Origin: Octopus vulgaris
Taxonomy: Eukaryota
NCBI GenBank assembly: GCA_951406725.2
Contig: OX597828.1
Coordinates: 14,818,001 to 14,882,000 of the forward strand
Direction: 5' to 3'
Length of the DNA stretch: 64,000 nucleotides
Shown: one piece after another, positions 12,206 to 24,526 of the stretch
How positions within the stretch are numbered: position 1 is the stretch's first letter
Layout: each line of letters opens with the position of its first letter
Made by a program: the position numbers and the translations under genes
The notes under the pieces: generated by a model
What the model was told of the DNA's origin: nothing
Seen by the model: only the letters and a program-made list of their open reading frames with translations
Databases searched by the model: none

Positions 12206-12770
12206 CAGAGAGAGAGAGAGAGAGAGAGAACAGTGAGAGAGAGGGAGAGAACGGTGAAAGAGAGAATGGAGAGAGGGATGGAGGGAACGGAGAGAGAGAG
12301 AGTGAATGGAGAGAGAGAGAGAGAGAGAGAGAACGGTGAGAGAGAGAGAGAGAGAACGGTGAGAGAGAGAGAGAGAGAACGGTGAGAGAGAGAGAGAGAG
12401 AACGGAGAGAGAGAGAGAGAGAGAGTGAACGGAGAGAGAGAGAGAGAACGAAGAGAGAGAGAGTGAACGGTGAGAGAGAGAGAACGGTGAGAGAGAGAGA
12501 ATGGTGAGAGAGAGAAAGAATGGTGAGAGAGAGAAAGAATGGTGAGAGAGAGAAAGAATGGTGAGAGAGAGAAAGAATGGTGAGAGAGAGAAAGAATGGT
12601 GAGAGAGAGAAAGAATGGTGAGAGAGAGAAAGAATGGTGAGAGAGAGAGAAAATAGTGAGAGCGAGAGAGAACGGTGAAAGAGAGAACAGTGAGAGAGAG
12701 TGAGAGAACACTGATAGAGAAAAAGAAAGAACACTTTGATAGAAAGAGGGAGAGAGAGAGAGAGAGATCT
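12206..12770. repeat. GA-rich compound micro/minisatellite, including ~7 copies of the 19-mer ggtgagagagagaaagaat
   Basis: Directly visible; it generates the spurious SL-rich ORFs. Confidence 0.95.
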
Positions 12771-13167
12771 TTGACAAAGAAAGAGAGGAATGATAAAAAG
12801 TTTGAGAAAAAGAGCAACATTTTGGCTGGTTTAAAGAACTCCAATGACAAAGCAACAGAGCAGTGACCCATTGATTGGCCAATCTGGTGAACTGTTTTAT
12901 TTTTTTTATTTATTTGTTTGGCTTAAAAGTTTCAATGAAAGTATTTAAAGATACATAATAAAGATTGTTTTTTTTTTTTAAATTAATCAAAAAGATGAGA
13001 TACGAAACTGAGCAGAGAGTTGGAGCAAGACCTTTTAGAAAGAAAAGCTTGTCAATCAACAATGATGACTATTTTTCGGGAGAAAAAACAAATTTTTTCA
13101 TTTGTATTTTTTTTTTCATCACTTAGATATAACATTACGTCACGTTTTGACATTTATATAGAATAAA

Positions 13168-13320
13168 CAGTTGTGGCCAAAAGTTTGGAACATTTTTTTT
13201 TTTTTTTTTGAAAAATTAAAATTGTTATGCCTTATATATACTCTGACCCAATATAACTTTGGGCATTTAATATAAAATTTCTTATTTTCAGACCTATGTT
13301 CCAAACTTTTGGCATTACTG
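13168..13320. mobile_element. Tc1-like MITE
   Basis: TIRs cagttgtggccaaaagtttggaacat (13168-13193) and atgttccaaacttttggcattactg (13296-13320) resemble Tc1 CAGT...GGCCAAAA termini. The duplicate right end at 18955-18980 is followed by TA. Confidence 0.7.
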
Positions 13321-15059
13321 CAGATACAACTATGACATCTGTTATATCTATATATAACAGCAAAAAATATATATATATATATATATATATATCTGCTAAG
13401 GTAACAAAGTAAAATGTAACTTGTAAATATTGTTGTTGGTATATTTGGTAGACAAGAAGATAATTAATTGCAGATCATGAATGGAGAGAGATAGGTGCAG
13501 AGAAAGAGGGAGAGAGAGAGATAACTCTAGACAGATGTTGGGAAATTAATTGACAACTACAGCTAAGATAATGAGGAAGGATATCAATTCATATGGTCAC
13601 TTGCAACATTTTCATTTGCATTCATATACAGAACAGAGGTCCAATAATTAATTGAACATTTAGCATCATAATAGCAGAAGCTCAGCTAAAATCTTTTCAT
13701 CATTTCAAATCTCTGCCTTATTAATTAATTGCTATGACCAAAAACTTCTTTTTCTCCTGGACAACGTGACACACAATAATATCTGACTAAACAGATAATT
13801 AAATGTCATTCATAAAGTAAGACAGGTCTGTATGCCATGAAAAGAACTGATGCGAACTCATATCGGACCAAGCTTCTCCTTTGAAAAGATAAAGAAAAGC
13901 ATACTGGAAATAAGATAATTACGTATATCTTCACCCGGTCCCAATGAAATGGCAACGGGTTTACAGTAAGAGAAGACATTCAATAATTTCCAATTTTAGA
14001 TTTAAAATCCTTCTGATGTGGAGTTAGATATTTACTGTTATGTCTTCATGAGATGAAAAGCGAAGAAACACAGATGCATTATGAAAATTTAAAACTAAAA
14101 TTTGGTGATCAGTTGAATGAATGTTCCATTAATTTCCTTATGAGGCACAAACTACTTGTGAAATAGCCAATCATTTATTTCTAAGTCCTTGGAAACTGAG
14201 GTTTTAATTTGCCGAGTTTATATTGTTCATCTCTGCAGCAGCCACCACCACCACCACCTATGACTACATAAGAAAAGGTTGAGCAATTAACTAAATACAG
14301 TAGGCAAGTCCTGACTGGAACAGAACTATAAATCACTTACTGCATAGTGTGACCTAGTTCAGACTGAAGCCTTGCATATCTGGGATGTTGTACTTGCGGA
14401 ATGTTCCCAGGTGTTCAATTAACTCATTTCCTACCCAATTACAGTTCATCCAGGCTATTAAAAATGATAACAACTACATGCCATAAATCTCTTATCAGAA
14501 AGTTAATCATATTAGAGATCATCACTAGCATCATTGCCGCTGTTTCAACATCCACTTTTCTATGCTTGTATGGGTCAGACGAAATTTGTTGAGGCAGATT
14601 TTCTATGGCCAGATGCCATTCCTGCTGCTCATTTCCAAGCAAAATAATATTTCTCCATGACTGGACATGCTTTTCATGAAAGCCTGGAAACGAACAACAT
14701 TGCTTGTAAGACAAGAAAGCTTGCTTACAATCATCACACGATTTCAAGACAAGGGCACACACACACACGGCGCATTTCTTTCAGTTTCTGTCTACTAAAT
14801 CCACTCGCAAGGCTTCGGTCAGCCACAGGAGCAATAGTAAGACACTTACACAAGGTGCCAGACAGTGGCACTGTACCTGAAGCCACACAGTTGGGAAGCA
14901 AGCTTCTTAACCACACAGCCATGCCAGAGCTTTTTTTTTTTTTCAATTTAGAGAAACACATCAGTAGTCTACTACAAGAGATAGCATTTATGACTAGTAA
15001 AGGGTTAAAGAAACAATGAGTTAAAAGGAAGTCCTTAAAAAACTGAAGAGTAGTTGAAA

Positions 15060-15480
15060 ATCTGAGAGGAATGAAGAGACATGGAACATATTAAAGGATG
15101 CTAACTGAGCATTTTAGCAAGTTGTTTAAGGATGTTAGCTGAGATATAATCAGACACAGGCAGACTCTACTAGCTACAGCTCTACAGCTAAAAAGAGAAA
15201 GTAGGTGGCTTTACATAATGAATAAGAGATGATATAAGAAAATTAACTGTTGAGAAGAAAAGGGTATTTGTTTACAGAGTTGCTAACAAGCAAGGCAGTG
15301 TTGCTGACAGAACCATTAGGAGAAGAGTGGGTGAGAAGAATGTACAAGTTGATAAAAAAGAATTGGGTCAAAGACCCAAAATTCTTGGCTAAAATTGGGG
15401 AACGATAAAATGTAGTTGGCATTTATAAATGCAGCTTTTGTTTTAGTTGTTAGTGCGGAAGGGCTTTTCATGACGCGAAA
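15060..15480 (-). pseudogene. Possible decayed LINE ORF2 linker fragment
   Basis: Minus-strand remnants AKNFGSLTQ...SPNGSVSNTA resemble the K-FW / P-G region between endonuclease and RT; weak. Confidence 0.2.
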
Positions 15481-16768
15481 AGAAATATATCAGTTTCTAG
15501 TTTATGCGATGTAACTTGTTACTAACAAATAAACAGAACTTCATGTACAGCAGACATTCTAAACACAATCCTAAAAGTATTTTAAAAAACAATTTTTCTC
15601 ATTAACAAAAGATAATTTGATTGAAGATGCTTTAATACATTAAATAATAAACAGTAACAATGACACCTCCCCACCACCACAATAATAACAGTTCGTTTTT
15701 AAAGATGGAACTTTAAGTAGATAAAGCTATTAATAAAAACATGTAAATATAAGGTTAAAAACCCACTGAATGGGAAAAGTCAAAGGTAGTTTCTAAAATT
15801 ACATGATGTAAATAATAATAATAATAATAATAATGTTCTATAGATAAAAGAGATGTAAAATGCTTAATAATAATGGTTTCAAATTTTGCCACAAGGGCAG
15901 CAATTTTGTGGGAGGGGATGAGTCAATTACATTGACACCAGTGTTTAACTGGTACTTATTTTATCAGCTCCGAAAGGATGAAAGGTAGAATTTGAACTCA
16001 GAATGTACCAATAATAATAGTGTTTTAATATGCAAGCCGGCAGAACTGTTAGAATGTAAAGATGGACAAAATGCTGCTAAGTATCTATCTGGTCTGGTGT
16101 GAAGAATTCAAATTCTGCCAAGGTCAACATTGCCTTTCATTCTTTCAGGGTCAATGTAATTAACCCTGCCTTTCCACTGAAACTGCTGGCCTTGCGCCAA
16201 ATTTGAAACCAATATTTATTTACATTTTTTTAACCTAAATCTTAAATTAGGAGAACTATTAACACAAATAAAACAGCTGGTCTTTAAAACCCCATGCAAA
16301 CTTACATAATCGGGAGTGGTAATGAGGTAAAGTAAATACTTGGCATTTAATAACAAAAAGTTTTACATCTCGGGCATTAAAAATGCTCAATACACAATTT
16401 TTAATAAGATTTGGTTTACTTTGTAAAATTTGATACTAGAGTAGCAGGGGTCGGGAATACATTAGATAAAATATATCATGATCAAAAAATATTTATTACA
16501 AATGTATGTAATCAACATGTGAACTCAAACAGCCAATATGAATCTTTACATCTAAACAAAGAATAGTAGATGCAGAGGAGCTAACTGTATGGTTAATAGG
16601 TTGAGAAACATACAAGACCAGTAAGTTCTACTATAGTCTATTTGTACAAGCCTATCTTAGCTAGACTTAGATGAGTAGCTGGCTAAGAATATAATCTAGT
16701 TGTGATGAGGGTAAATAAAAGATGTCATTTCAGTTACTCTATAAATAAGTTTTCCATCACTAGGTGCG

Positions 16769-16860
16769 ATGAAGTCTGTGCTTTACTGATGACATCATAG
16801 GACTAAAAACATGCCTGGAGCTGTCTCCTGTGCTTGCCAAAATAATTATATTAATTATAC
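16769..16860 (+). mobile_element. Second hammerhead-like element family, copy 2 (decayed motif 16780-16821)
   Basis: gcttta-CTGATGA-catcataggact-AAAA-acat-GCC-tggagc. Helix I gcttta/tggagc pairs over 6 bp (two G-U). Flanks atgaagtctgtgct and tgtctcc are shared with the 43.2 kb copy. Confidence 0.4.
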
Positions 16861-17133
16861 AGTCCAGCAAACTTCCGCAATAGCAGTGAACATTTTATTT
16901 ACTGTTTCTTTATATATCAAGGGTTGAATTTCGTTTAAGTAGTTGACATTTGAATGCAAGGTATTGACAAACCTCAACAAAGGTGAAATGTGTCTGCTAC
17001 ACTTGTGAATCACTTCAGCAATGTTTATAAGAGATTTTTATCATCTCAAACAATTCCACAGCTTTGTGCTTTCTATTGATGCATATACATTTACTATGAT
17101 ATACAGATGGCGATTTTAAATAAAATAATACTG

Positions 17134-17311
17134 CCATATTTACTCATGAATAAGTCACAGTATTTTATACTTGATTTTAACAGAAAAAAAAATAAAGAAA
17201 ACCTAGGGTGTGACCTATACATGGGGCAAAGCTAAAACAATGAAATGAAAAAATTTTGCACCAAGATTTAATGCTAAATTCAAGGAGAGATTTATACACA
17301 AGTAAATATGG
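17134..17311. mobile_element. pogo/Tigger-like MITE
   Basis: TIRs ccatatttactcatgaataagtc / gatttatacacaagtaaatatgg|TA, with an internal gggtgtgacctatac motif typical of this group. Confidence 0.6.
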
Positions 17312-18876
17312 TAGTTGTTGGCTAATATTTTTTCCTCACAACATAATTATTTCTATTTAGATTCTTTTACATAAAATATGTTAACAAGTAGCTGTAGAAA
17401 CTTTGACATTTGCTCCAATAATTTACAACAACTGTCTTTTAAGCATGGCCAACTGAAATAAAAGAGTTATATTACAGATTCAGATTAAGACTACAGATAC
17501 CTCCATCATTGTTTTAATGGCCACTTTTCCATGTTTACATGGGTTAGATGGATATATTGAGGCAGACCCGCTACAGCCAATGCCTTTCTTGTCTCTAAGC
17601 AAGGTAGTATTTCCCCATGGCCAAACATGTTTTTGCAATATATTGGAAATGAATGACATTCATTTACGACAGTTATGCGATGCCAAGACAAAGACACACA
17701 CACATGGCAGGCTTCTTTCAGTTTTCACCAACAAATCCACTCACAAGGCTTTGGTCAACCCAGAACTATGGTAGAAGACACTGGCACTAGATACCATACA
17801 GTGGAACTGAACCTGAAATCATGTGATTGAGAACCAAACTCCTTCACCAACATTAATATTTATTTAGTTATAAAAATTAAGAATTTTTAACATAAGTTTT
17901 AAGTTAAGTCAACTGTGATCATACCAAAACAAACAATATTAGTTAAAGTAGGTAATAAGGTTTATAACATTCCCTAACACATTGTGTTATATTTTTAAAC
18001 CACTATTTGCTGTTTTATTGGCCTTTAAAAGGAACTCATATCAATATTGATAATAAAACAAACTATCCAACATATGTATTTATAGTAGAATTTCAAAGTC
18101 TGTTTGCTAATCAAGTAACTTTATTCAGAGGCACTGTGGCTGTCATGCATCTCCTACACTCTCTTCATATTACTATGCCACACATGAGTTAAATCAGTAT
18201 GGTAAAATGTTGAGGTTTGTTTGCTAGGTCTAATTGATCAAGTAATCGCAGCTAGAAATAGCAGTCAAATATCCTTCAAATCACACCCTACCAACTTAAG
18301 GAAAAAAAGTTACATCAGATAATGGCTGAAAAAAACAAATAGTCATAACTGGAATACTTTTGATCATAACTGACATTTAAATATGACCTGGGGTTAAACT
18401 CTATATGTACAGAAATAGATTGAACAGGAAAAAACAATACATATTCAGACTAATGCTTATTTATTTAGGTTTGCTTGATCAAAACTAACCTGGGACTATA
18501 CAGCAGCAATAACAACTACAAACCATTTTAATGTCAATGTTACATGCAATATAATGTTATGCACACACATGCATATACAAATGTACATATGATAAATGAA
18601 TGTACATATGAATAATTAAATGTTTATTCATAAATGCATGTGGTTGAAAACCCTGGTTAAAGAATTGCAAGCAGCTAGGGAGTATCAAGCCATCAAGCAT
18701 TTGAATCTTATAACACCCACTTCAGATCAACTATAGCTCTAACATGATTTCCAAATGAGGCACACATTTTATGTAGAATGTGACAAAGGAATGACAAACA
18801 TCTTTTCTTCTTTTACAATGCTTCCAACAAGTGATGTTGAATAAGCATGATTCTTCTGGCAGCAGGCAGATTTTTC

Positions 18877-19060
18877 AAATTGTTATGCCTTATATATACT
18901 CTGACCCAATCTAACTTTGGGCATTTAATATAAAATTTCTTATTTTCAGACCTATGTTCCAAACTTTTGGCATGACTGTAGATACAACTTTGACATCTGT
19001 TATATCTATATATAACAGCAAAAATATATATATATATATATATATATCTGCTAAGGTAAC
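18877..19060 (+). repeat. Direct duplicate of 13219-13405
   Basis: About 185 bp, differing by a few substitutions and microsatellite length. It includes the MITE right end plus its unique flank. Confidence 0.9.
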
Positions 19061-19111
19061 TGTTGCAATCACCGCAGTCAGTATTTTGCACAAAGTGAAG
19101 TTTTCTTAAAA

Positions 19112-19823
19112 CCCATTAGCGCCCATGGTTTTTAGGACCAGAAGTGCCGGTGGCACGTAAAAAGCACCATCCGAACATGGTCGATGCCAGCACTGCCTTG
19201 ACTGGCTTCCGTGCCGGTGGCACGTAAAAAGCACCAATCCGATCATGGCCGTTGCCAGCCTCGCCTGGCACCTGTGCCTGTGGCACGTAAAAAGCACCCA
19301 CGACACTCTCGGAGTGGTTGGTGTTAGGAACGGCATCCAGCTGTAGAAATACTGCCAGATCAGACTGGAGCCTGGTGCAGCCTTCTGGCTTGCCAGATCC
19401 CCGGTCGAACCGTCCAACCCATGCTAGCATGGAGAACGGACGTTAAACGATGATGATGATGATGATGAAGGATAATCCATCATATTTCTGCAACACCTGT
19501 ATTTTCCTGAGATATCTTTAGCTAGTCATCAAGACTGGAGTGTCTTTCAAATATTACACCCACCATCTGATGTATATTGGCACCACTGATGTCTTAGTTT
19601 TGAGTACAGTGAGAAAATCTCAAGGGAAAGAATACACCCAGTTTCATCTATTATTCAATCAAAAATTCTTTGGTAGGTACTTATATCCAACCTATATTTG
19701 TATACAGTATAAATAATTGTTCTAAAAGTCAAGAAAATCTTTGAAAGTAATTTTTTTCAAATATAGCATACTCTAAAAAAAAAAATTTGGTAATAAAGAA
19801 AAAAAAACCTGGGCACTAATGGG
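19112..19823. mobile_element. piggyBac-like non-autonomous element carrying a nested SINE
   Basis: TIRs cccattagcgcccatggtttt / aaaacctgggcactaatggg. TTAA lies directly at the right end; the left flank is ttaaaa. Confidence 0.65.
19144..19468 (+). mobile_element. SINE family C 3' portion: three gtggcacgtaaaaagcacc sub-repeats and a (GAT)n tail
   Basis: Near-identical copies at 8361-8648(+), 10225-10498(+), 41703-41905(-) and 40486-40600(-); more diverged copies at 26285-26460(-), 31600-31792(+) and 62742-62900(-). Confidence 0.9.
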
Positions 19824-19879
19824 TTAATCTTCAGCTGTAGTCAAGGTTCTGTTAACAACAGTGACTAAAAAAACCTTCA

Positions 19880-20096
19880 CCCTTTAGCATTTAAACTGGT
19901 CGTATCCAGCCCAAATATTCTACCTGCTTTATGTTCAAACTGGCTAGATCTGACTTCTCACATCTATCCTACAATGTCATTCTGAAAAATAGACAATCAC
20001 ATCATTGAAATCTTGGAATTACAAGACATACATGATTAATTCAGAACATGAATACATAAGCATTACATCTGACAGACAAATCTGAATGCTGCAGGG
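19880..20096. mobile_element. piggyBac-like MITE (ccctttagcatt TIR family)
   Basis: ttca|ccctttagcatt ... aatgctgcaggg|ttaa. Relatives at 20257-20410 (TTAA both sides, inverted orientation), 24803-25008, ~55898-56112 and ~57365-57534. Confidence 0.75.
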
Positions 20097-21083
20097 TTAA
20101 ACTTCATTGACATAATGGGACTGTTAAGAGAGGTAAATGGCCATTGAGTTCAGGGTTTCATATTAACTTCATGTGTTGAAGTGTTACACATAGCAATTTT
20201 GTACAGACCCCATCCAATCAATATTGTAAGACTTTCTTTTAGTGTCCATCTTTTAACCTTTTAGCTTTAAGATTATTCTGTCAAATGTAATGCTTATTTA
20301 TTCACATTATTTTGAATTAATCATGCATTTCAATTGTATTGTAGATTTTTAGAATGACATTGCAGGGTAGGTATGAGATGCTGGATCTGGCAGATTCAAA
20401 TGCTAAAAGGTTAAACATGACAGAGGCAGACAACTGTATATTACAGTACATGGCATATGACAATCTATTATATGTATCTGAAGTTTGATTCTTTTTAAAT
20501 CCTCTTATGTAGATTCCTTTTAAATTGTCTGGTGTAAGAGTCACATACCTTAACCAGTATGTTAGTTCTACTTATTTCTTCAACTATTTCAGACTGTGAC
20601 TTTTTCTATGTTGTCCTAGAAATTCAAAACTTCACCATTTTAATACCAAGCTGCCAGACAGTAATATGTTTATAGTTGAATTTAAAACCACCATTGGAAT
20701 CTCGTAACAGCAATGATATTGGTTAAATTATCAACACCAACATAATATACTCCCATATAAAAAATATATATATAAATTTACAGCTATTTTACTAAATCAC
20801 TCCAAAATCTAGATTTCTAGTGTGCGTATATAGTTACATATTTTATGATTTTATGCTATAACTATAAAATCTTTATATCTAAATTTCACTGAAACCAGAC
20901 AATCTACTCATAGAAATACAGTGACAAAGAAGTTAAAACCCATTCTCCCGAAACAAAATACAACCCAACAAAGCAGCTTATATGCAGTTGCTCAACCTAC
21001 AAAGAAATAGCAGCCAAATTTCCTACAAGTTACACCTTCCCATCTTAAAGAGGTAAGAGGAGTGTGAAGAGAAAAATGAGATA

Positions 21084-21443
21084 CTCTTTTACTTGTTTCA
21101 GTCATTTGACTGTGGCCATGCTAGAGCACCGCCTTCAGTCGAGCAAATCGATCCCAGGACTTATTCTTTGTAAGCCTAGTACTTATTCTATCAGTCTCTT
21201 TTGCCGAACCGCTAAGTTACGGGGACGTAAACACACCAGCATCGGTTGTCAAGCGATGTTGGGGGCACAAACACAGACACACACACATGACGGGCTTCTT
21301 TCAGTTTCCGCCTACCAAATTCACTCACAAGGTTTTGGTCGGCCTGAGGCTATAGTAGAAGACACTTACCCAAGGTGGCACGCAGTGGGACTGAACCTGG
21401 AACCATGTGGTTTGTAAGCAAGCTACTTATCACACACTCCTAC
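21084..21443 (-). mobile_element. Near full-length copy of SINE family A (tRNA head, CORE-like ggcaccttgggcaagtgtctt, internal microsatellite, tail ...gactgaaacaagtaaaagag)
   Basis: High similarity to many copies, e.g. ~385-535(+), 540-945(-), 3390-3545(-), 7465-7612(+), 14765-14925(-), 25310-25660(+), 26510-26850(+), 30780-31372(-), 40090-40460(+), 43700-44060(-), 48520-48830(+), 49770-50150(+), 58328-58722(-), 62925-63240(+). Confidence 0.9.
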
Positions 21444-24288
21444 CACATTTAGAATACCATTGACTGTAGATCAGCTTGATCAGAACTGGCCTAAGGCTAA
21501 ATATCATCAACATATAATAGCGATTTGAAGGAGTTGATAATATACAGGTTATATTAAAGTTTAATGCAATCACTAATTTTCAAGGAGTTTAGTGATGGTC
21601 TTTGCCACCAAGGAAAATTGTTAATGTCATATATACCAAAGAGGAAAGTCAATACCTAACTTTTTTGGCAGATCATTTGATTCCCAGACAAAACAAACAA
21701 GAAAAAAAAAAGTTTCTTATCTGTCTCAAGTTAAAACTAAATAACTGAAATTATAACTAGTACATCCTCCTATATCATAACCAGTTTTACACCATAAATC
21801 ACTTGTCAGGTAAGGTAACAGTTAAAAAAAAAAAAAAAAAAAAAGGTAAATATGACAATTGGAAGTATTTGATGTCATGGTTTGCCAAAGTCTGTAAGAG
21901 AAATATAATCAAAAACGAGGGAAGTCAGCCAACAGGTATTGTTTAGCTTAACGAATGATACATTTTTGCCAACCAATCAAAGTTTACAAGTACTTTAGGA
22001 AAATTACTGGCTATTTGGCTCTACAAGTATTGCGGTAGCAATTATTCTCACCGCTTCGTTATTATACAATAGGGTTTTAACAAGTCCTGTAGCAACAGCA
22101 AATTACATAGAATCATTCATATCCAATATGTTTTATTTACCTGATTGGAGCAATCGTATTTAGACATAAATTAGTTTCTTTTAATCTATTAACAGTAAAT
22201 CTAAATAACCATTTCTTGTATTGGCACCAGGCCAGAAATTTTATAAAGGAAGGGGTGAGTCAACAGAAATGACTCCAGTCAATTATTTTTTGAACCTTAT
22301 TTTGTTGACTTTGGATTTGAGATGAAAAGCCAGTGTAATTTGAGCAAAATATACAGGGGAAAATATTTGCTGGAGAGAAATAATAAAAAAAATAAAAGAA
22401 AAAGAAAAAAAGAATTTCTATTGATACATTTTAGCACCATATCAACATTAACCAAGCAGACCTACAACCAAAGGTATTCTAGGAATATTGGACATAATTT
22501 TTAACAACAAAATCTTGTATGGATCTCCAGAGGCCATGTGGATCCGAGTTGAGATCCACTGCACTTCTTTATAAAATGAAGATGTAGAAATGAGATCAAT
22601 TTCAAGGCTGAGCAACAGCATAGAGGTCACTGGTTTAAAGCTATTACATTTGAACACTGAGGTCAAAGTTCAAAAACAACATTAGAGAGGAACCAGGTTA
22701 AGTCAGTTAATAAGAGTCTTGTACAACTACACAAGATACCAACCCCTACAACTTGTCATCAGTATTACGTTGTACCTATAGAGCCAAGATATTCAGTACT
22801 TGCTGGCTCAGGCCATTAAGCAGTAAATAGACACTGCAAACAGGTACAACTCACAACTGTAAGAAACAGGTACATAATAGTTTCTAACATGAATTTGAGG
22901 GAAGGAGTCAGCTGATTAAATCAACCCCAGTACTTGACTGGTACTTTACTGATCTAAAAAAAAAAAAAAAATTATTCACAGAATTAACGTCAGTGGAATT
23001 TGAACTCAGAATGGAAATACCCAGAACAAACATCACAAGGCATTTTGTCTAATGCTTTAACAATTTTGCCATAATTATCTACTGTTCTGTTAAAGTCTGG
23101 TGCCAAATATTAGTTCATTTACAAAACACCAATCTTGTGAATTCTTCCCAAGGAGATTCTGAAAGAGATTCCAAAAGCAGCAGAATCGGTGGGTTCAATG
23201 TCCTGCTGACTCTTTTAAAGATGTAAGAGGATACTTAACAATACAGAATAGCTAGCGTTGTTGTTGCTTAATTATCCAGTACCTTTCACTGAACCACTAA
23301 GTCATGAGGATGTGAACAAACAACACTGGTTGTCAAGTGGTGGTGGACACACAGACACACACACACTGTTTCTGTCTACATCCACTCACAAGGGACTAGT
23401 TGGCCCAGGGCTATAGAAGACACTTGCCCAAGGTGCCACACAATGGGACTGACCCCAGAATCATATGATAGCAAAGCAAGTTTCTTAACTACACAGCCAT
23501 GCCTGGACCTACAAGAGGGATTTTGCATGCTATTTCTGACGGAACAACCAACCAGACAAGGCACTCTTGTTGGCTTATTACAACCAGTGTAGAGTAGTAT
23601 GAGGCTGAGAAGCAACCAATTAAACATAAAGATATTCTTAATAAACAACTTTCCATTTGACAAAGTGGAGAGAAAATACAAAAAGGTGAGGAAAAAAAAC
23701 ATTTCATAAACAATATTTTATCAAAAATATTACATTGCTTTAATCCTTTTGAAGGAGTATTTTTTACGATATTGCAGCATAACAATAATTGTTCTGTGTG
23801 TTTAAAACGTTCCCAATAAAATAAGCAACTAAGCATAATACTACAAAAAAATAAATAAATAAAATGAAATAAAATGAAATGAAAAAAATATAATAAACAG
23901 TGGTGAATATCTATGTAGATAAAATTCCAAACAATTTTCAATGCATTCCTATTTTTATCTTATCAATATCAGTCTTTATATTAGGTTTCAGCTCACCAAT
24001 TGTCAGAGAAACACGATAGAAGATGTTTTCTAATACAAAAATAAAACAGGCTACTTTATGTTGGACTTGCTTCCTTTGAAAACTACAGTTTACTTAACAA
24101 TCCTTATGTTCGCATGAGGGGTTTAGATAACCAGAGGGAGCCTGATGTCCTAGCAAAAACAGGTACAGAATTTTTCTACATGTCAGCAGCAGAAACAACA
24201 TGGCCAGGAAGATGCAACAGAGCCACCAGGGCCCCAAGGGAACGCCTTTGGCTGTCCCAGCCCTTGCCAGTCTTCGTTTATTTAGTAC

Positions 24289-24526
24289 CTTACTGCTCAG
24301 GTATTTTTATTTCACAGTCAGCTACAGAACAACGAGTCTTTGTGTTGCTACAACTGCTGCTGATGCTGCTGCTGCTACTGCTGATCCTGCTGCTGGTGCT
24401 ACTGCTGTTGCAATCACCGCAGTCAGTAAGGCAGAACGAAGAAACAGAAAATAGTTTGTATGCACTGATGCTCACTTTAATTAGATTCTCGCAACTAGTG
24501 TCTAGTCTAGTCTGTTCAAATAGTGG
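24289..24526 (-). other. Candidate non-coding 5'UTR exon of SLMAP containing an imperfect CAG tract
   Basis: Strong acceptor cctaag-ttctatctttctttatctttctttctgcag| at 24527/24526. Possible donors GCA|GTAAGG (24294) or AAG|GTACTA (24289); a more distant alternative is TTG|GTGAGC (23997). No minus-strand ATG in 24289-24526, and the sequence is not a recognisable repeat family. Confidence 0.45.

Noticed and set aside
12107-12882. Longest ORFs (254, 241 and 179 aa, SL-rich)
   Set aside because: Translations of the GA/TC satellite, open in all three frames because the repeat lacks stop codons.
19144-19300. Three ~25-bp direct repeats with ~40-bp spacers, superficially CRISPR-like
   Set aside because: Internal sub-repeats of SINE family C. 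The spacers resemble each other, the same unit recurs in other copies, the context is eukaryotic and there are no cas genes.
21064-21417. 117-aa ORF and many similar ORFs containing HTHT/YIYI/CVCV
   Set aside because: SINE family A and dinucleotide microsatellite translations.
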